Shown here in pieces: positions 27,622 to 42,442 of a stretch of 64,000 bases of DNA. Numbering within the stretch: position 1 is the first letter of the stretch; each line of letters begins with the position of its first letter. This DNA comes from Bigelowiella natans CCMP2755 (lineage: Eukaryota; Protista; Cercozoa). Below the pieces are notes generated by a model, which was not told the origin of the DNA, made no database searches, and saw nothing but the letters and a program-made list of their open reading frames with translations. The stretch lies in assembly GCA_000320545.1 (NCBI GenBank), contig ADNK01003018.1, positions 1 through 64,000 on the forward strand, written 5' to 3'. The position numbers and the translations under genes were made by a program.

Positions 27622-29362
27622 ATCTCTATTCCTCCTCCCATGATCATCTTTATCATCATCACCCTTCAACGTTATCGTATACTACTGTACCTTCTGTGAT
27701 AGATTTTGCAGATTTTTTGCTGCAAATGGTAAAAAGCCGCAAACCATTGCATACAGTACAACCTGTAGCAGCAAATTAATATACAATAAGCATTGATTGA
27801 TTAATCAATAAGTGAATCATTAATCCTGAAGTCAATTAGTTATTCTCTTCTTCTTCCTCCTCCTCCTTCTCCTCACTTACCCCTAAGCTCCACACGTCGG
27901 TTGATCCATCATACTTTTGCCCTCTCATCAGCTCTGGTGACATATAAAGAGGAGTGCCACAAACAGATTCTAACTTCGCGTCGCCCAACAAACGCTCACT
28001 TAAACCGAAATCTACGATCTTGATGTTTCCTGGACAAATTAATTAAAAAGACAAACAAGTGATGTGTATTTGGTGCTGATAACAGCCAACATATATAACC
28101 ATATTATAGACATGATCGATCATTACGAGACAATGATCTTTCTCTTCTTCTAAACCATTTCCCTTTGTTTTGTAGTACCCACCTTCAGAATCGAGAAGTA
28201 TATTCTCTAGCTTGAGATCCCGATGTATTACCTACAAAAAACAAACAGACAGACAAACAGACAAACGGACAAATACACGTCAAAAAGGAAGGAAGGAGGG
28301 AAGGAGAGGGTGAGGGAGGATGGCAAAAGAAGAACAGAAGCAAACGCCTTTTATTATATGAGTCGCGTGTGTGCCCAAACAACAACAATAACAATATAAA
28401 CAACAACGATAGCAACCGTGTGCAAGTCAAGCATACTCACGACATCGTAGTATAACAACTATGTATTTTTAATAACTTTTTCTATGAGTGGTAGTACACT
28501 GTGACACCATTGTACCACTATTGCTACCACTACTATTAGAGCTTTCTATCAGTGTATAATGTGTTATTATTATTGGTAGTAGTAGTAGTAGGCTGCTGGA
28601 GATGTATCAGTATCAAATTTTGATTATGAATAATATCCTCAAACTCTAACTCTAAATTCTAATAATCGAGTTGATCGATTTTCTGTTAATATGTGTTGCT
28701 CCTACTACTACTACTACTACTACTACCTTTAACCTATGGCAATAAACCAACCCGTCCAATATTTGGGAGAATAGCCTTCAAAATCATCATTTTGTAACAG
28801 TAACATAAATAACATGAGACAGAAAACAACGACAACAACAACAACTACTACTACTACTACTACTACATCTGTTCCTCCTCTGCAAAGGAAGTGTCGTATT
28901 ATCATTATCATCATTATCATCATCATCTCTTTCAACCTCGAGGCATGGCTTTCGGAAAGATAAAGGTGCTTTTCTATCAGCTTCGATAACTCTCCTCCCT
29001 CTGCATACTCCATAACCTGAGGACAGTAACAACCAACGTCGAGAAAATAGCGGGAGATATCATAGATGTTTGTTTTATGATCATACTATAGAAAAGCTTT
29101 GCTTGATGCAGTACATTAAAGATTTACATATACTATTACCAGTCACTACTTATTCCTACTATTACCACCACCACCACCACCACCACTGACAGCTTTTCTG
29201 TATTGCTCTGCTGCTACTACTACTACTACTACTACAACTACCAGGATAATGTTGTTGTATTGGTTCACCACGTCATACAGCTGGATCACGTTCTTCAAAC
29301 ACAAAAATCAAAATGCAACTAAGTATTATGTTGTAAAGCAATGGGTCTGTGTATGTGTGTGC

Positions 29363-29421
<59 letters not shown>

Positions 29422-32158
29422 GTATATCTACTATGATTCCAAGTGTTGTTGAGCGCCCTGGTATGTAGTTTGTAGAGTACAAACAGCAGCACCAATGAAA
29501 AACTACCGACTGTGCTAATTTCAGTGCATTCTCTCTCTCTCTCTAACGCTCCTTCCCAAGGATATGAATCGAGCTAGACTCTCGCAGTGATGGATATGTA
29601 GAATAAAGTCATCATCATTTACTTTGTGGCGAAGGGATGTCAAAATGAACATTTCTCCAAATATCTGATTCACCTGATGATACAATATGGTCATGGAACA
29701 TCAAAGAATAAACACAAATTCCAAGGAAGGTGAGGCCAAGCAATTGTGATATGGGAGAGGAATATATCCATATTCTGAACGCGCACAACATACTACGGAC
29801 ATAGCACACATTTGTTCAAATAGCAAAAACACAAACCATTGAAAAAATGATGAAGAAGCAAAGATGACATGTCCTACCCATTAGTAAGTACAAATGAAGG
29901 AAATAATCACATCGTACAATCAATACACCCACCCTTTTAAGATCATCGATGCCTTTCTTTTCCATGATTTTGATGACAAGTCCTTGCCCGCCACTGACTC
30001 GTCGCGCAAACTACCAACATGACGCGTTATCGTTAGATATCAACCCCCATCCATGAATCATCTATCGTGTGTATTATCAGATTGGTATCTACATCATCAT
30101 CGACTAATTGCTGGAGGTAGTGGTATGGTAGAATATACAATAACAGATTGAGTACTACCTTTACTTTTCCAAATGCTCCTTCCCCAATAGTTCTTCCGAC
30201 GTTGTACCCTTTCACGTGAATTCTTGGAGATGATACTCGGCGGGCACTACTACTTTTGATGATCAGCAATAATAATGGAGATGGAAAAGAAGAAGGACAG
30301 GGAAAAATAAAAAGTAGTTGAAGTGAATGATGAAAGACAGACCATGATAGTGTATGATACGACATCAACAACAATTACTAAGACACATTTTTATAATGCT
30401 GGCAACTGGAATAGGTATCTCTGAATCATCATCATCATCGTATTCCCCAAAATAATCCTTGATCTTCCTTCTATATCTTACGTATTCTTGATCTCTCCTC
30501 GCTCTCTTTTCGACGTTGAATACACGGAGGTAAGCAAGGATCTTAAAATAAGCAGAGCAGCAGCAGCAGCAGCAGCAGGAGGAGGAGGAGGAGTAGCAGA
30601 CACGGAGCGAGAATGATGAGCTCAGTTGGATCATCATCAATTGTCACCACAAAAGAAGGGCATAATTTAGTTTGAGGTAAATCATCCTTCATTTAGCATA
30701 GTCAAAGCCAGAGGAATAAAATTTAGGAGGAGGAGGAGGAGGAGGAGGAGGAGGAAAGATATATGGCAGAGAGAAGAAGGGAGAAACAGAGAGAGACAGA
30801 GAGACAGAGAGAGAGATAGTTGCTATGACAGAGAGAGACAGAGAGACAGAGAGAGATAGTTGCTATGACTTTGGTTGATCCTGTTGATCCTGCGAGCACC
30901 CCGTTGATGGTATTGTTGTTGTCCTACTACTACTCAAAGTGCTACTCCTCCTCCGTGTTCCACGTGTAGATGATGATGATGGCCTTGGAGAAGGCTGCTG
31001 CGTTGTGGAGACCGTAGTACCAGTAGTAGTAGTAGTAGCAGTACCAGTAGCAGTAGCACCGGCAGTGGTCGCAGCATTGATCGTACTACTACTACTACTA
31101 CTACTAGTAGTAGTAGTAGTGATGGCAGTAGTACCAACAGCAGCTACGCTACTACCAGATCGTATTGCTGCTTCTGCTGTCCCTGAATCAAGTTCTTTTG
31201 ATGATGAAAAAGTTTTCTCACCAAGAGTCCGAACAGATCGAGGAGATGGAGTATGTGGTAACATTGGTTCCGCCTAAGTGTCATTAAGAGATATTCAATA
31301 ATGTGCTAACATTGAGACATGCAAAAACTCACGGAGTTACATCATTATATATCATCTTGGTTTTAACACCTTCACTCCCCGCAGTATTGAGCCTGACAAC
31401 GGACGCAACAGATCTATGCTGCTTATGCATCCTGAAGACCGTACTTTTGTTATGCCTGACGCTGGTGTTTCAACAAGAAGATGATGATCTCTCGGCTGCG
31501 ATTTGTTAATTCTCGGAAGCTCAAATGGAGAAGCGCTGTATATTCAAACAAGTCACATGAAGAAATCGCATGTAAGCTATGTATTCGGCCTCATTATATA
31601 TTATAGATATTTTGTTCTTTGGGAACAAATTGTTTGAAGACCATTCGTGACTGTAAGCTACAGATTTGTTGTTAAAATTGTACGTAAATCTACATACATA
31701 CTCTCCCTCTTTCACACACACACACACGCACGCACACACATAAACATAAACATCTCCGTGGAAATAAACTTACAATTTATGAGTCGCAGTTTACAACATA
31801 ATATCTAGCTATATAAATACACGTATATTGTTGTTTTTGTTGTGATAATTTATATGTGTTTACGTTCGAGACGAATTCCGATAGTGCTGATCCCTTCGAT
31901 GGCTCATGTCTCTTCTGAGCTTTAGATAGATATATTGAAAAAAAAGAATTAAAAAGATGTTTGATGAGAAGCTGCTATTCACATCGAAATGTAGAGCCCA
32001 CACATAATTTTCGAAGCGGTACGTAATAATGCTACTCGAGATAGAAAGAGATTTCATCAACAACCTCCTATTTTCCGGATCCTTCTCCTTTTGTTTGTTC
32101 TTCTTCTTAATCTAGTCTTTTGTTTTCCTGCTGCTGCTTTGTGAGAAGCAGAAGCCAT
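25372..32158 (-). CDS. SNF1/AMPK/MARK-related (CAMKL) Ser/Thr protein kinase
   Basis: Exons give GRTIGEGAFGKVK, MEYAEGGEL, IHRDLKLENILLD, IKIVDFGLS, CGTPLYMSPE, DVWSLG, LYAMVCGFLPF. In-phase 5' exons from ATG 32158 (MASASHK..); low-complexity N- and C-terminal extensions; stop position tentative. Confidence 0.9.
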
Positions 32159-32476
32159 TCACAAAGAAACGAGGCTTTACACAAAGCCACCAATTATGAG
32201 TCACTACACCACAGGAGGGGCGAATAACATTAGAAAGATGTTTGCTTTTCTTATATTCAGATATAAATTAGACCGTCACCAAAGTAAATGGAAAAGCGTA
32301 ATTGAAGCAGAATGTTGAAATATGTGTTGTCGTATGATGAAATATCCCTATCTTCTCAACACATAGCTGTTCATAATCGATGAGTTATTGAGTGAGTAGA
32401 TCCAAGGTGTCATGTGAGGCAACGTTACGCAGCTGCTTTGACAGTTACGACAGCTGCAGGAATAGGAAGAAATGGG

Positions 32477-33373
32477 ATGAAAATCAATCCTACGACAAGA
32501 CCAATAATTCCTGTTCAAAGAAATGACTTGGAAATCAATGCTGCGACAAGACCAATGATTCCTACTTTTAAGACAAAAAAACAAAGAAAAACAAGTGGTC
32601 AATTCATTCAGGTAGCCGAGGCGACGGGATGGATGCACACACACACACACACACACACACACACCACAACGAGAGGATAGAGAGAGAGCTGTCCTCCCTT
32701 CCCCTCCTCCAGGCACGATTCAATTATGCCGATTATGCCCTATGCCCGCCCTTATGCATGCGTCACTGTTTTTTTCAGTGGAATTGGAAGATGTAAAAAG
32801 TAACCTGATAACATTGCAGATAGATGTTCCTGCGGACCCTGCAGAAAAAGCTAGCCGGCTCTCTGGCTTTAAGACGCCCGGGCCAAAACCTTCGTGTTGT
32901 CAGATGCATCCCAAAGTTGCGCCTGTTCAACGAAAAAAAACTGGACCAGGACACTACGGCAGCGAAGTCACTGGTAGCTAATAACATATTTCGCATCCTA
33001 TTACACATGATATGAGCGCAATTACTAATTCCAGCCAGAGCACGTAGAACTCGATACACGGAGGAAAAAGGCACTATGGAGGTGTAGGCAGAGAGGATGG
33101 GTTGAGATAGATTTGCTAATGGGTAACTGGGCATCAGAGGCTATACCGCGCATGAGCTCCGAAGAACTCGATCAACTTGAAGTCATCATTGCTCAGGTGT
33201 ATGATAGTAATCATCAGCGAAGAAAGCAGATAGTGGGGACATCTTTGAAAACTACGAAACGATAGTAAATTAATGGTCTGCCTCTGGAACAAAGATGAAA
33301 GAAAGAAATACTGTTGTATGGTGGATACTTCCTTCGCTATTCAAAAAGGGAGGGTATTGAATACAGAAGCACA

Positions 33374-33412
<39 letters not shown>

Positions 33413-33653
33413 ATCACAGGAGAATCCAAACCTTTTGAATTGGCTCCTTGGACATGACGATGTCCCAAAGGTGAATAGGAAAGGAAAAGGGGCCGCTACA
33501 ATTTTTCAATACAATAGTAGTGGTTGAGGTGGTAGAAGAAGCTAAAATAATCAGTTATTTTTCTATCAGGAACTTGATAATGAAGTCATGAGATCCATGA
33601 AAAAATTCGTGACGGATGGAAGCAAAGACTGGACTGTTGGCGGCAATCAATAA
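32477..33653 (+). CDS. SDHAF2: Succinate dehydrogenase assembly factor 2 (Sdh5/SDHAF2 flavinator family)
   Basis: Spliced RRKKALWRCRQRGWVEIDLLMGNWA..MSSEELDQLEVII|ENPNLLNWLLG..P|ELDNEVM matches the RGxxE flavinator signature; stop 33651-33653; start uncertain. Confidence 0.85.
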
Positions 33654-33699
33654 TAGATCTATGCGAGTACGTAGGTAAAACCATATCATCATTTATCCT

Positions 33700-34520
33700 A
33701 ATTATACAAGATGGATGCGCATGCTACTACCGTGCAGAAGTTAACTCGAATAACACGTACCATTTCCCCCCTTATCCCTTCTTTCACTTTCAGTAACATC
33801 CACTGCTACCGTGCTAGCGTGGTTCCAATAGTCGCCACTCCTTGTGCATGCACAAATCCAAAACATGATTAAGCAACTGCGCATCGCACGCTCGCTCCCT
33901 GTATTGGTCATGCATGCCATGTGTTTTACTAATATTATGCACTGCGAGATGTGTCACAACTGCAGTCTCTCATCTGATCCGCTCGTGGATGGAAGGTTGA
34001 ATAGGAGCAGCAACTTCGCGCAAAGAATCGAACGATTTTCAAACAACGCGCTTGCCTGCGGATCGTGCTTGTGCTAGCATAACGCATCGCATTAGCAAGA
34101 GCATGCATGCACGCGAAGCTGCAGTGCTGCAGTACATTACATCGCTGCGTGCATGCTAGCATGCTGCGAACAATGCGAAGATCGTCCTGCTATGTACAGT
34201 TGTGCGACACGAGCGTATAGCTTTATGATAGACACAGTATAACGCCAGGAATTCCTGTCAATATTATAATTCTTTGACGCCAATGTTGCACATCTGTACA
34301 TGCATACCTAGCTAGCTAGACGTACATTCTAGTGCACGATTTGGTAGATCAAGTGGACATAGGCTGGCGGGACAAGTGACGAGATCTCTCAACCTTTCGT
34401 CTGCTTGTGATCATCCGCTCAACAACCTACCTCATCATCCTTGAATAACTCGATCTAGTTTCCACCACATGATGATCATGTGTGCAAATGATCTCAAATG
34501 CATGCAAAACTTACACATTT
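33700..34520. other. Palindrome/RY-rich island D (SDHAF2 / glycosyltransferase convergent gap)
   Basis: GCTAGC at 33813, 34073, 34155; GCATGCTAGCATGC; CTAGCTAGCTAG. Confidence 0.7.
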
Positions 34521-34647
34521 GCACTAATTTAATTTAATAATCAAGACACTTGACATGTATCAATTTAATCTCTAACTTTAGTTTCTGAAGTGTCACTTGT
34601 CTAAATGTTGTTTTTTTAACTCCAGCTTTACAATTAGCATCCATTTG

Positions 34648-37520
34648 CTAGCAAAGGAATTGTGTAGGTGTTAATACGCTTTCAGGGTTATCCCAACCCG
34701 CGGGCTCTTCATTTGCACAACAATTTCCTGGACTTGGGTTGACCAAGGTAAGAAGACCGTTTACATTGTGTAGGTACTTCTTATGCATTTCGATGTTCCA
34801 TTTAAGTTCATGCTCCATGTAATACTGATATGCCCTCCAAGGCTCCTTCACAAAACGACCTACTTGAACAATCCCGTAGTGCAACATGTCATGATATCCA
34901 GAGTTGTGCCCGTAAGTCCAGCCCGTGAAGTGGAATGTTGCGTTTTTATTGAGGAAAAACTGAACTGTTGAGGATTGTAAGATGAGATCATTCCATCGAT
35001 TGGTGAATATCTTGCCAGATTCATCCACATAATTCAGAAAATTTTGAACGTCAGGCTGCAAGAATCTCTCAATATCAGCTACAAAGAAATTGTTGTAGAA
35101 ACCGAACTGCTCTCCACAGTTCTCCCGTGTTAAATCATCTACACTTTCCTTGCTTTCACACAAATCAAGATACCATCCAGTTGTTCCTTCCATATGCTTT
35201 TTACTATAATTTCTTAAGTACGCCGAGTAGTCATCAGGCTTAGGCCATATAAGACCCGTCTCTCTCGCTATGTTACGATAACCATAGCCTATTCCATAAT
35301 GTTCCATGAAGCCGAAGAGGTTGTAAGGAATCTCGCTAAGTAAGTAGGAGTCATCATCGAAACGAGAGACCCATCTGTATCCTAGTTTTTTCATCATAGG
35401 CCATATTCGAACAGCATACAGTCTCATCATTTTCCTGTATCCCATGCCTTCTACACCTGCCCAGTGTTTTCGAGATTCCATGACTTTAGCAGGAGGATCC
35501 TTCCAATCTTCACCCTTCAAATGGTGGAACTTGATCTCAGGACGCCCAGCGATAACAGCTTTCTGAGCTTCGGCATCAAAATCTCCCTCGTGCATAACGA
35601 TGACATCATCGTGTTCACGATCATTATAGTGTTTGAACAACAGTCGCAAAGTATTATTGAGAATCTCCATTCCTGGTCGTCCGTAAGTTTGATGTTTTTT
35701 ATTTTGTGCTAATATCACAAATGCTCCTTTTCCTACAAAAATAATAAATAAGAATATACAAGTACGTAAGAAGAGAATGGAGGAGGACAACAACATAATT
35801 ATAACAAACTAGGATGACTACTACGCATATCATATTAATAAATAGAGTAGAATCTAGCACCTGTTTTAGGTTTTCCGATTTTCAACTTCTTCGCTTCTGC
35901 CTCTTTTGCAAACTCCGCGTTGACATGAGGACAGCACGTAGTGTCCCCAAGTTTGCCCCCACCGTAGTCTGGAAGCGGATCCGTATTACTACATTTGCCC
36001 TCTGATGTGGCCAGACTGTAGGTGTTGGGATCTGCGAATAACATCTTTCTCTTCTCGTCGGCTGATTCTAGATCTGTTATCTCACCATAAGCAGGCAATT
36101 CAGGGAAGTCACCACTGCGGAAGTACACACCGAACTCTGATACCGCAGACCAACACTTGACAAGGCTGTCTGTTTGAGCTAGCATGAGAGAATCCATCAA
36201 TACATCTTGGCACTTCTGATCTTTGGATACAGAATCATTGTAGAGAACGTTCGCATCCTGTCTGTTTGCCTCCAGCACTCCTGTATTATTCAAATATAAG
36301 TCACACAATCACGCATCATCAGTTTCTATCTCACCGCTACTGATTACTACTACTACTAATACTAATACTTCACAAGGCGTTGAATGAATTTATATTTCTT
36401 GTAGAAATTACCAAGGACATCAGGGAATTCTTGCTTCATATCAGAGAGGTAGTTCTTATCATCTGTCGCTAAGAAGACTCTTGAATTCGGGCCGTTGAGC
36501 TGAACGTGTTCAGTGGCAAGTCTAATGTATGATTCAGGGTCTACACGGCCATGCACAAATTTATCCGTTCCACGCATGTGGAGACCAAGAATGGGCTTAT
36601 TTACTTCTCTATTAAACAACTGTGAGTACTTTGACTTAGCCATGTCAAGGAAAGATTTCTTGGCGTGAATGTATTCTTTGACGATCTTTGTTGCCTTCTT
36701 GCGGTTGTTATCCAGCCACGTGTTTCCACATTCCCATTCACTATCACCAGGATATGGATATGCATGTGTAGCGTTTTTGTCATAGAAGGAGCTCATCAAG
36801 GAGTCTTGTGTGAGTTCCCATACATCCGCATCTTTGACACTTTTAGGATCAACACTAGAGATTGGTTCGAAGTATTTATGCCAGAAATCAGCAGAACTCT
36901 GTCCACCCTTAGCCGTATCGTTGATGCATGAGTGATAGTGATGAGACTCGGGCATGTAAACAAATGGTGCCTTATCTCCAATTAGGCCCTCCCTCACAGC
37001 AAATTCGAGTTGATTGAGCACCATGTACGGGAACGTGAAGAACCCGCAACCCATCATAAACTTATAGTTGGCTCTGATACGAAAATGCTTGCTCCTGAGC
37101 ATAGGCCTTAGCTTGTCAAGGTTCGACCCTACCTTAGTGCTTTCAAATCCTTTGAAACTGAAGTTAAAAGCTTGTGTATCTGCGACATCTAGGCTGTAGC
37201 AGTCTCCGGAGGCTTGGCATGGTGCCTTAAAATCACAAGATTCTTGTGTTACCATGTCTGCAAGGCCACATTCACCAATACTTCGGCATCCTTTTGAATT
37301 GCACACTTTCGTTGGATCTTCCTTCTCAAAGAGACGTGGAGTAATAGAATATTGCTTGTATTCACGGGTGTCGAAAAGCCACGCCTTCATCATGAAGTTG
37401 TTGTACCTTAATAAGTGATTTTAGGTTAGACGTAAGTCGAAGGGGCCGCTACATTGATTATTTAATCAGACGAATGACGACGACTGTGCTTCTCTCCATG
37501 CAGGAAGAATGCCATTATTC

Positions 37521-37553
<33 letters not shown>

Positions 37554-38934
37554 CCTACTCATTAATGTGACAATTGATGAAGATCATATACCTTATCGGC
37601 CTGTTGAATAGCGCAACAGCAGCTCGAGCACCTTCACGACTTAGTAGGTAAGCGTGGGAACATAGCTGATTCTGAGCCTCTACCAACTTATCTTCGCTAC
37701 CGAGATCCTTCTGCGAAACGATGATGATAAACGATGACACCAACACTTGTTAGTCAATGTTCGAATGCATGAGGCGACAACAACACTTAGAAATGGAAGT
37801 ACTAATAGCAGCAATGAGAGACAATAATTACACCAAATGCGGTATGTGCTTTGCTGTTCAGAAGACAGCAGTAGCTGCAAATCGTATCGTACCGTAACGT
37901 TCTGTCTGAAGCACTCAGACATGCATCTGCCAAGATTGATCTCATGGAAATCTTTCGGAGCTGCATCAATCAATTGCTCTAGCTTTGCCATCAATCCTCC
38001 GTCTTTGATGCTCTTCTGTCCATGCGAGGAAAGTTTGATACCATCTTCCAGTACGAGTGCGTATTCTGAGAAAGTAGTTGTCGCATGTTCGGACAAACAC
38101 CAAAAATGAGTACGGCAGACATTCGCTACTCTCAACTATCGTATGTCTTATCACATCAACAGCAGGTTCTCTTCTAACATGAAGAAGTGTGAAATCAATT
38201 TTGACCTGAGGTAGAAGCTAAAAATCTCTGCAGGCCTTCAGCGTGAACTTTCGTCAAAGCTACGTGTGCTGCCATTGCTTTTTTACTTTTCGGGTCTTTG
38301 TAGTTTTTGCTCACCTGTTACACAATGATGACATAAATGATTCAGGTTGAAAGCAGTAAGGTTGTGTGTATTTTCCACTCCCTAGACGTGTGCAAGAAAT
38401 TTTCAGAAGGTGCTACGTGGCCATCTCATTACCAGGCCAGTGAATTTAAGATCGTCATTATCAATCGAGTTCGACTGATACTCGCGGAAAGCGCCTGTCA
38501 CTCCGTAACCTAGATCTTGATTTTTTCCTGGACCCTTATCTACCACAGCAATGCTGGCGAAGAAGTCTGAAATATCGATCTTTTTGCCTTGGCCCTTAAT
38601 AGATATCACCGAGAAGCTGTGTTTTTTCGGTGAACCCATCACAAAGCTGAGCAAATAAAGATGATACAAAGAGTTAGGAATGTAACAGGACTTAATCTTA
38701 GATTATGTGCTAAACTTTATGATCTCAAATGATAAAGTACGGAGCCACTTTAAGGTATGACAACGACCTTGGATGGTTTCCCGTATCTCTGTCAGCTTTC
38801 AACTCGCTGTAATCAATTGAGAATGAAACATTGACACCCTCCATAGAGCCGTAAGTATTATCCAATTGATACACATGCTTGTGCATCAGCCCACTGGAGG
38901 GCAAAGCCCAAAGCAGGATGAGGGAGAGAAGCAT
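34648..38934 (-). CDS. Secretory-pathway tri-domain glycosyltransferase: GT25-like + NodZ/GT23-like fucosyltransferase + GT15 (KRE2/MNT1-like)
   Basis: Signal peptide MLLSLILLWALPSSG; GT25-like YALVLEDG and CSHAYLLSREGA; fucosyltransferase GLHMRGTDK, VFLATDD, DSLMLAQTD; GT15 GYRKMMRLY, RFDDDS, FYNNFF, FTNRWND. Inter-domain junctions are phase-consistent GT-AG. Confidence 0.8.
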
Positions 38935-39380
38935 GTCGATCAAGTGTGGAAGCTCAACTATGATCACTATCGACCAGCTTTAAGATTCAAGTTTACGAAC
39001 ATGCTCGATATTTCTGCCTAAAATTATCCTTTTTTGCCACAAAATACTAGGCGCAGCAAGCGATTTTCACCCGTCTGTGCACATTTGAATATGCGACGTG
39101 GCGCATGGTCATCTTTTTCGTTGTTCTTTTTTTGTCAAAATCACCACAGCTTGCCACATTATTCTCTTGAATGGCCTGCGATTAGAAGTATCATCTTCTG
39201 ATCATTAGCACATTTCTTTGGGTGGAAACACCTAATATTATTATATTGAATACCGGGTTTTGATCAGGGGCTCGATCTAGATGTTTGCGACGGCTTTCAG
39301 TATTTTCTGCAGTATAAGAAAAAAATATTAGGTAGAATCACCTTTGCTACTGTGGGTTAATACAGCCGAGGTTCTTCGCC

Positions 39381-41387
39381 ATGGGATTCATGATGTTATT
39401 GTTGGGCATTTATTGTTATTTCACGATTAAACGACAGGGATTACCGGTAATAATCGTAAGAAGGATGAGAGACCCTGAGAGTTACTACAACAATCTCAGC
39501 AACAACTCCACAGAGGATGTAGGAATTACTACTGAATTATGAGTTTCAGAACTTCTTTGGACGACCTCCCCTCCTCCTGCTTGCAGGGTGAGACGGAAGA
39601 TGACAATGACAACAAGAAAGGATGGTAATATGATGAAAAGATAATGAACCATAAGGATGATCACAAGTATTAGTGCTTATCTTTATACTGTGTGGTATGA
39701 GGTGGTAAAGGTAAATAACACCGAAAATCTGACAGCCTCATCATGTATTATTATTTCAGCCTGCTTCTTCTCGGAGCAAGTGCTCATGCGCTCTCCTCCT
39801 CCATCGTATACAAGCTCATTCTAATCATCACAAAGAAAGGATGATGAACTCAAATATTCCGAAGGAAATATTCGCAACCACCCTCCGTCGTTTAATGGTT
39901 GGTCCTCCTTTGTAACATTTTTATCGTAGTAGTAGCAGCAGCAGTAGCAGTAGTCCATGTTCGACAACTCAAGCCTCAACTTAACTCATATGTAGGTCGG
40001 ACTCATCCTCGCCACGCTTATCCATCATTTGTCTTATCATTCAGGTTAGATTGATTATTACAATGATTTTAGCCACACAATTTTCACCACCATCCTGTCT
40101 ATCTATCATCACCGTTTTACTACATAATAATCAACGGGCCGGAAGGCCTAACTTTGCATGCAATGAATTTGTTCGGAACCGTTTGCACCTTCTTGATCAG
40201 TGATGGACTATAAGAAGAAGGACGAGGCGTTGGGCTGCTGCTGCAGCAAAAACAACGAATTGGATCATCTACAAAGACTAAGCAGAAGAACAAGTCGAAA
40301 TGAAGCTCCTCCAATACTCTTTCTCCATAACCCCAAGTTCTTGCTGATGATCCATAATTTGAAGAGGTTATCTTTCATCCATATTACTACTACCTAGAAA
40401 CACAATCCTAGTTCACATTGACATAGCAGCAGCCAATTCTCTTCCTCTCTCTACACACACGCACGCAGAGAGAGAGGGGGGAGAGAGAGATCATCAGTAA
40501 CATCACACAAAAGAGATACAAAGTTTGATTGATAGATACATACAGTAATAAAGAGATGATCATTTTGATTTCGTGTATGGAAGATTCCAGAGAATAAGAT
40601 TTTGATGATGATTCCCTACTATACCACCTGAGTAGTCTGACTTCTTATGTTTGTGCTAATTATATATTTTATAGATTAAGAGCTGGTAGTGGTGGTGGTG
40701 GTGGTAGTCATGATAACAGTGAGGAGGAGGAGGAAGATCACATGAAGAATATACTCAATAATGATCCAAAAAATATGGAATTCTCAGACCCAAATCCCCC
40801 AAGGTATGTATCATTGTTTCACACATAATAGGTGTACACACAAAGCATACACACACTACTACCCGCACATAATTACGACGATGACAGGGTAAAGGAGGTG
40901 GAATGGGTGATGTTTGTACAGGATAAAGGAGCTCGACTGGGTGACTCAAAAATTCAAACCTGACCCCAGACTGCCCACACCTTATATCAATGAGTTTCTC
41001 AGCGGTAGTAAGTAGTAGTAGTAGTAGTAGTAGTAGCTATTACACGTATGCTGTATCTGGAAGACATGACCACATTATTTTATCATAATCATCATCATTA
41101 TCAACATCATCAACAACAAGAAGAAGAAGAAGAAGAAGAATTTGTCTGTTCGACTATCATCATTTTTATGCAAATGAAGATTAACGCAACCACGCAACAC
41201 ATCTCCACCAGTGATAAATAGTAGGAATTGTTTATTCATTCCCTTCCCTAATGTTGTTATTATCACTCACTACGAATTGTTCATTGGAATATATTCATAA
41301 TTCGAACAGATTCCGATGTGCCATTTAATTCTCCTTTTTCGCGACAAATCAGTCAAATACTTGACTTGGACCCCGGCCCTGCTGTGC

Positions 41388-41432
<45 letters not shown>

Positions 41433-42108
41433 GATATATAATTGACACGATGATTACTTCTGCATGTTGTATATGTAAAATAGTGTATTCAAGACTTCAG
41501 TAATAAACGAAAATTTTCATTGAGGATTTATGATGTTCTCTGATAATGATGATGATGAAGCATATTAAGTATTTCAGTTAGCCATCATGTACGTGTTGTG
41601 TGTGTGTGTGTGTGTTAGTTTATGTGTGCGTGTTTGCGAGTGTGTGTGCGTGTTTGTGTTCGTGTTGTGTTGAATATCGTCATCATCATTATCATCATCA
41701 CATCATCATCCATATATGTAATCAAACATTCATGTAAGTGTATATATGTTATGATGATGGATTAGCTTTTCTTGGTTCCAATCGATCAAACATTTTGTCT
41801 TGTTGTCGTTTATTACATGATATCAGATGGAAAATTACGTGAGAATGCAACATCCTACTGTACCGATTCACTTGCACTACATTAAGAGATATCTACTCTC
41901 ACTAGGTTGTCAATAAAAGTGAAGATGATAATGATGATGATGACGATGGTGATAGTATGATGTAACAACACGTAATGATGTTCTTTGGTCTTCTTGATGA
42001 ACGTGAGAAGTAAGTAAGTGCTGCTGCTGCTGCCGCTGCTATTGCTGAAAGTTTAACATGATGATGATATGATGATGACCATCATCAGCGCCATCTCAAC
42101 AACTTATA

Positions 42109-42154
<46 letters not shown>

Positions 42155-42304
42155 GTCAAACTCAGGATTTGACGAAGGCATACTTAACAACACGAAATCT
42201 TTGGACGTAAGGTTGTTCTCCCACCTATTTTTGTGCAAGTACTAGTTCATTGCTTATTTGCTGCTTTAGAGTTGTAGAAATAGAGCCCCCCCAGACACAA
42301 CCAC

Positions 42305-42342
<38 letters not shown>

Positions 42343-42405
42343 GTGTGTGTATAAGTACGTATGCCTTATCGTTCTTAATTTGCTCTGTCGTTGCCCTCTT
42401 TCTTA

Positions 42406-42442
<37 letters not shown>

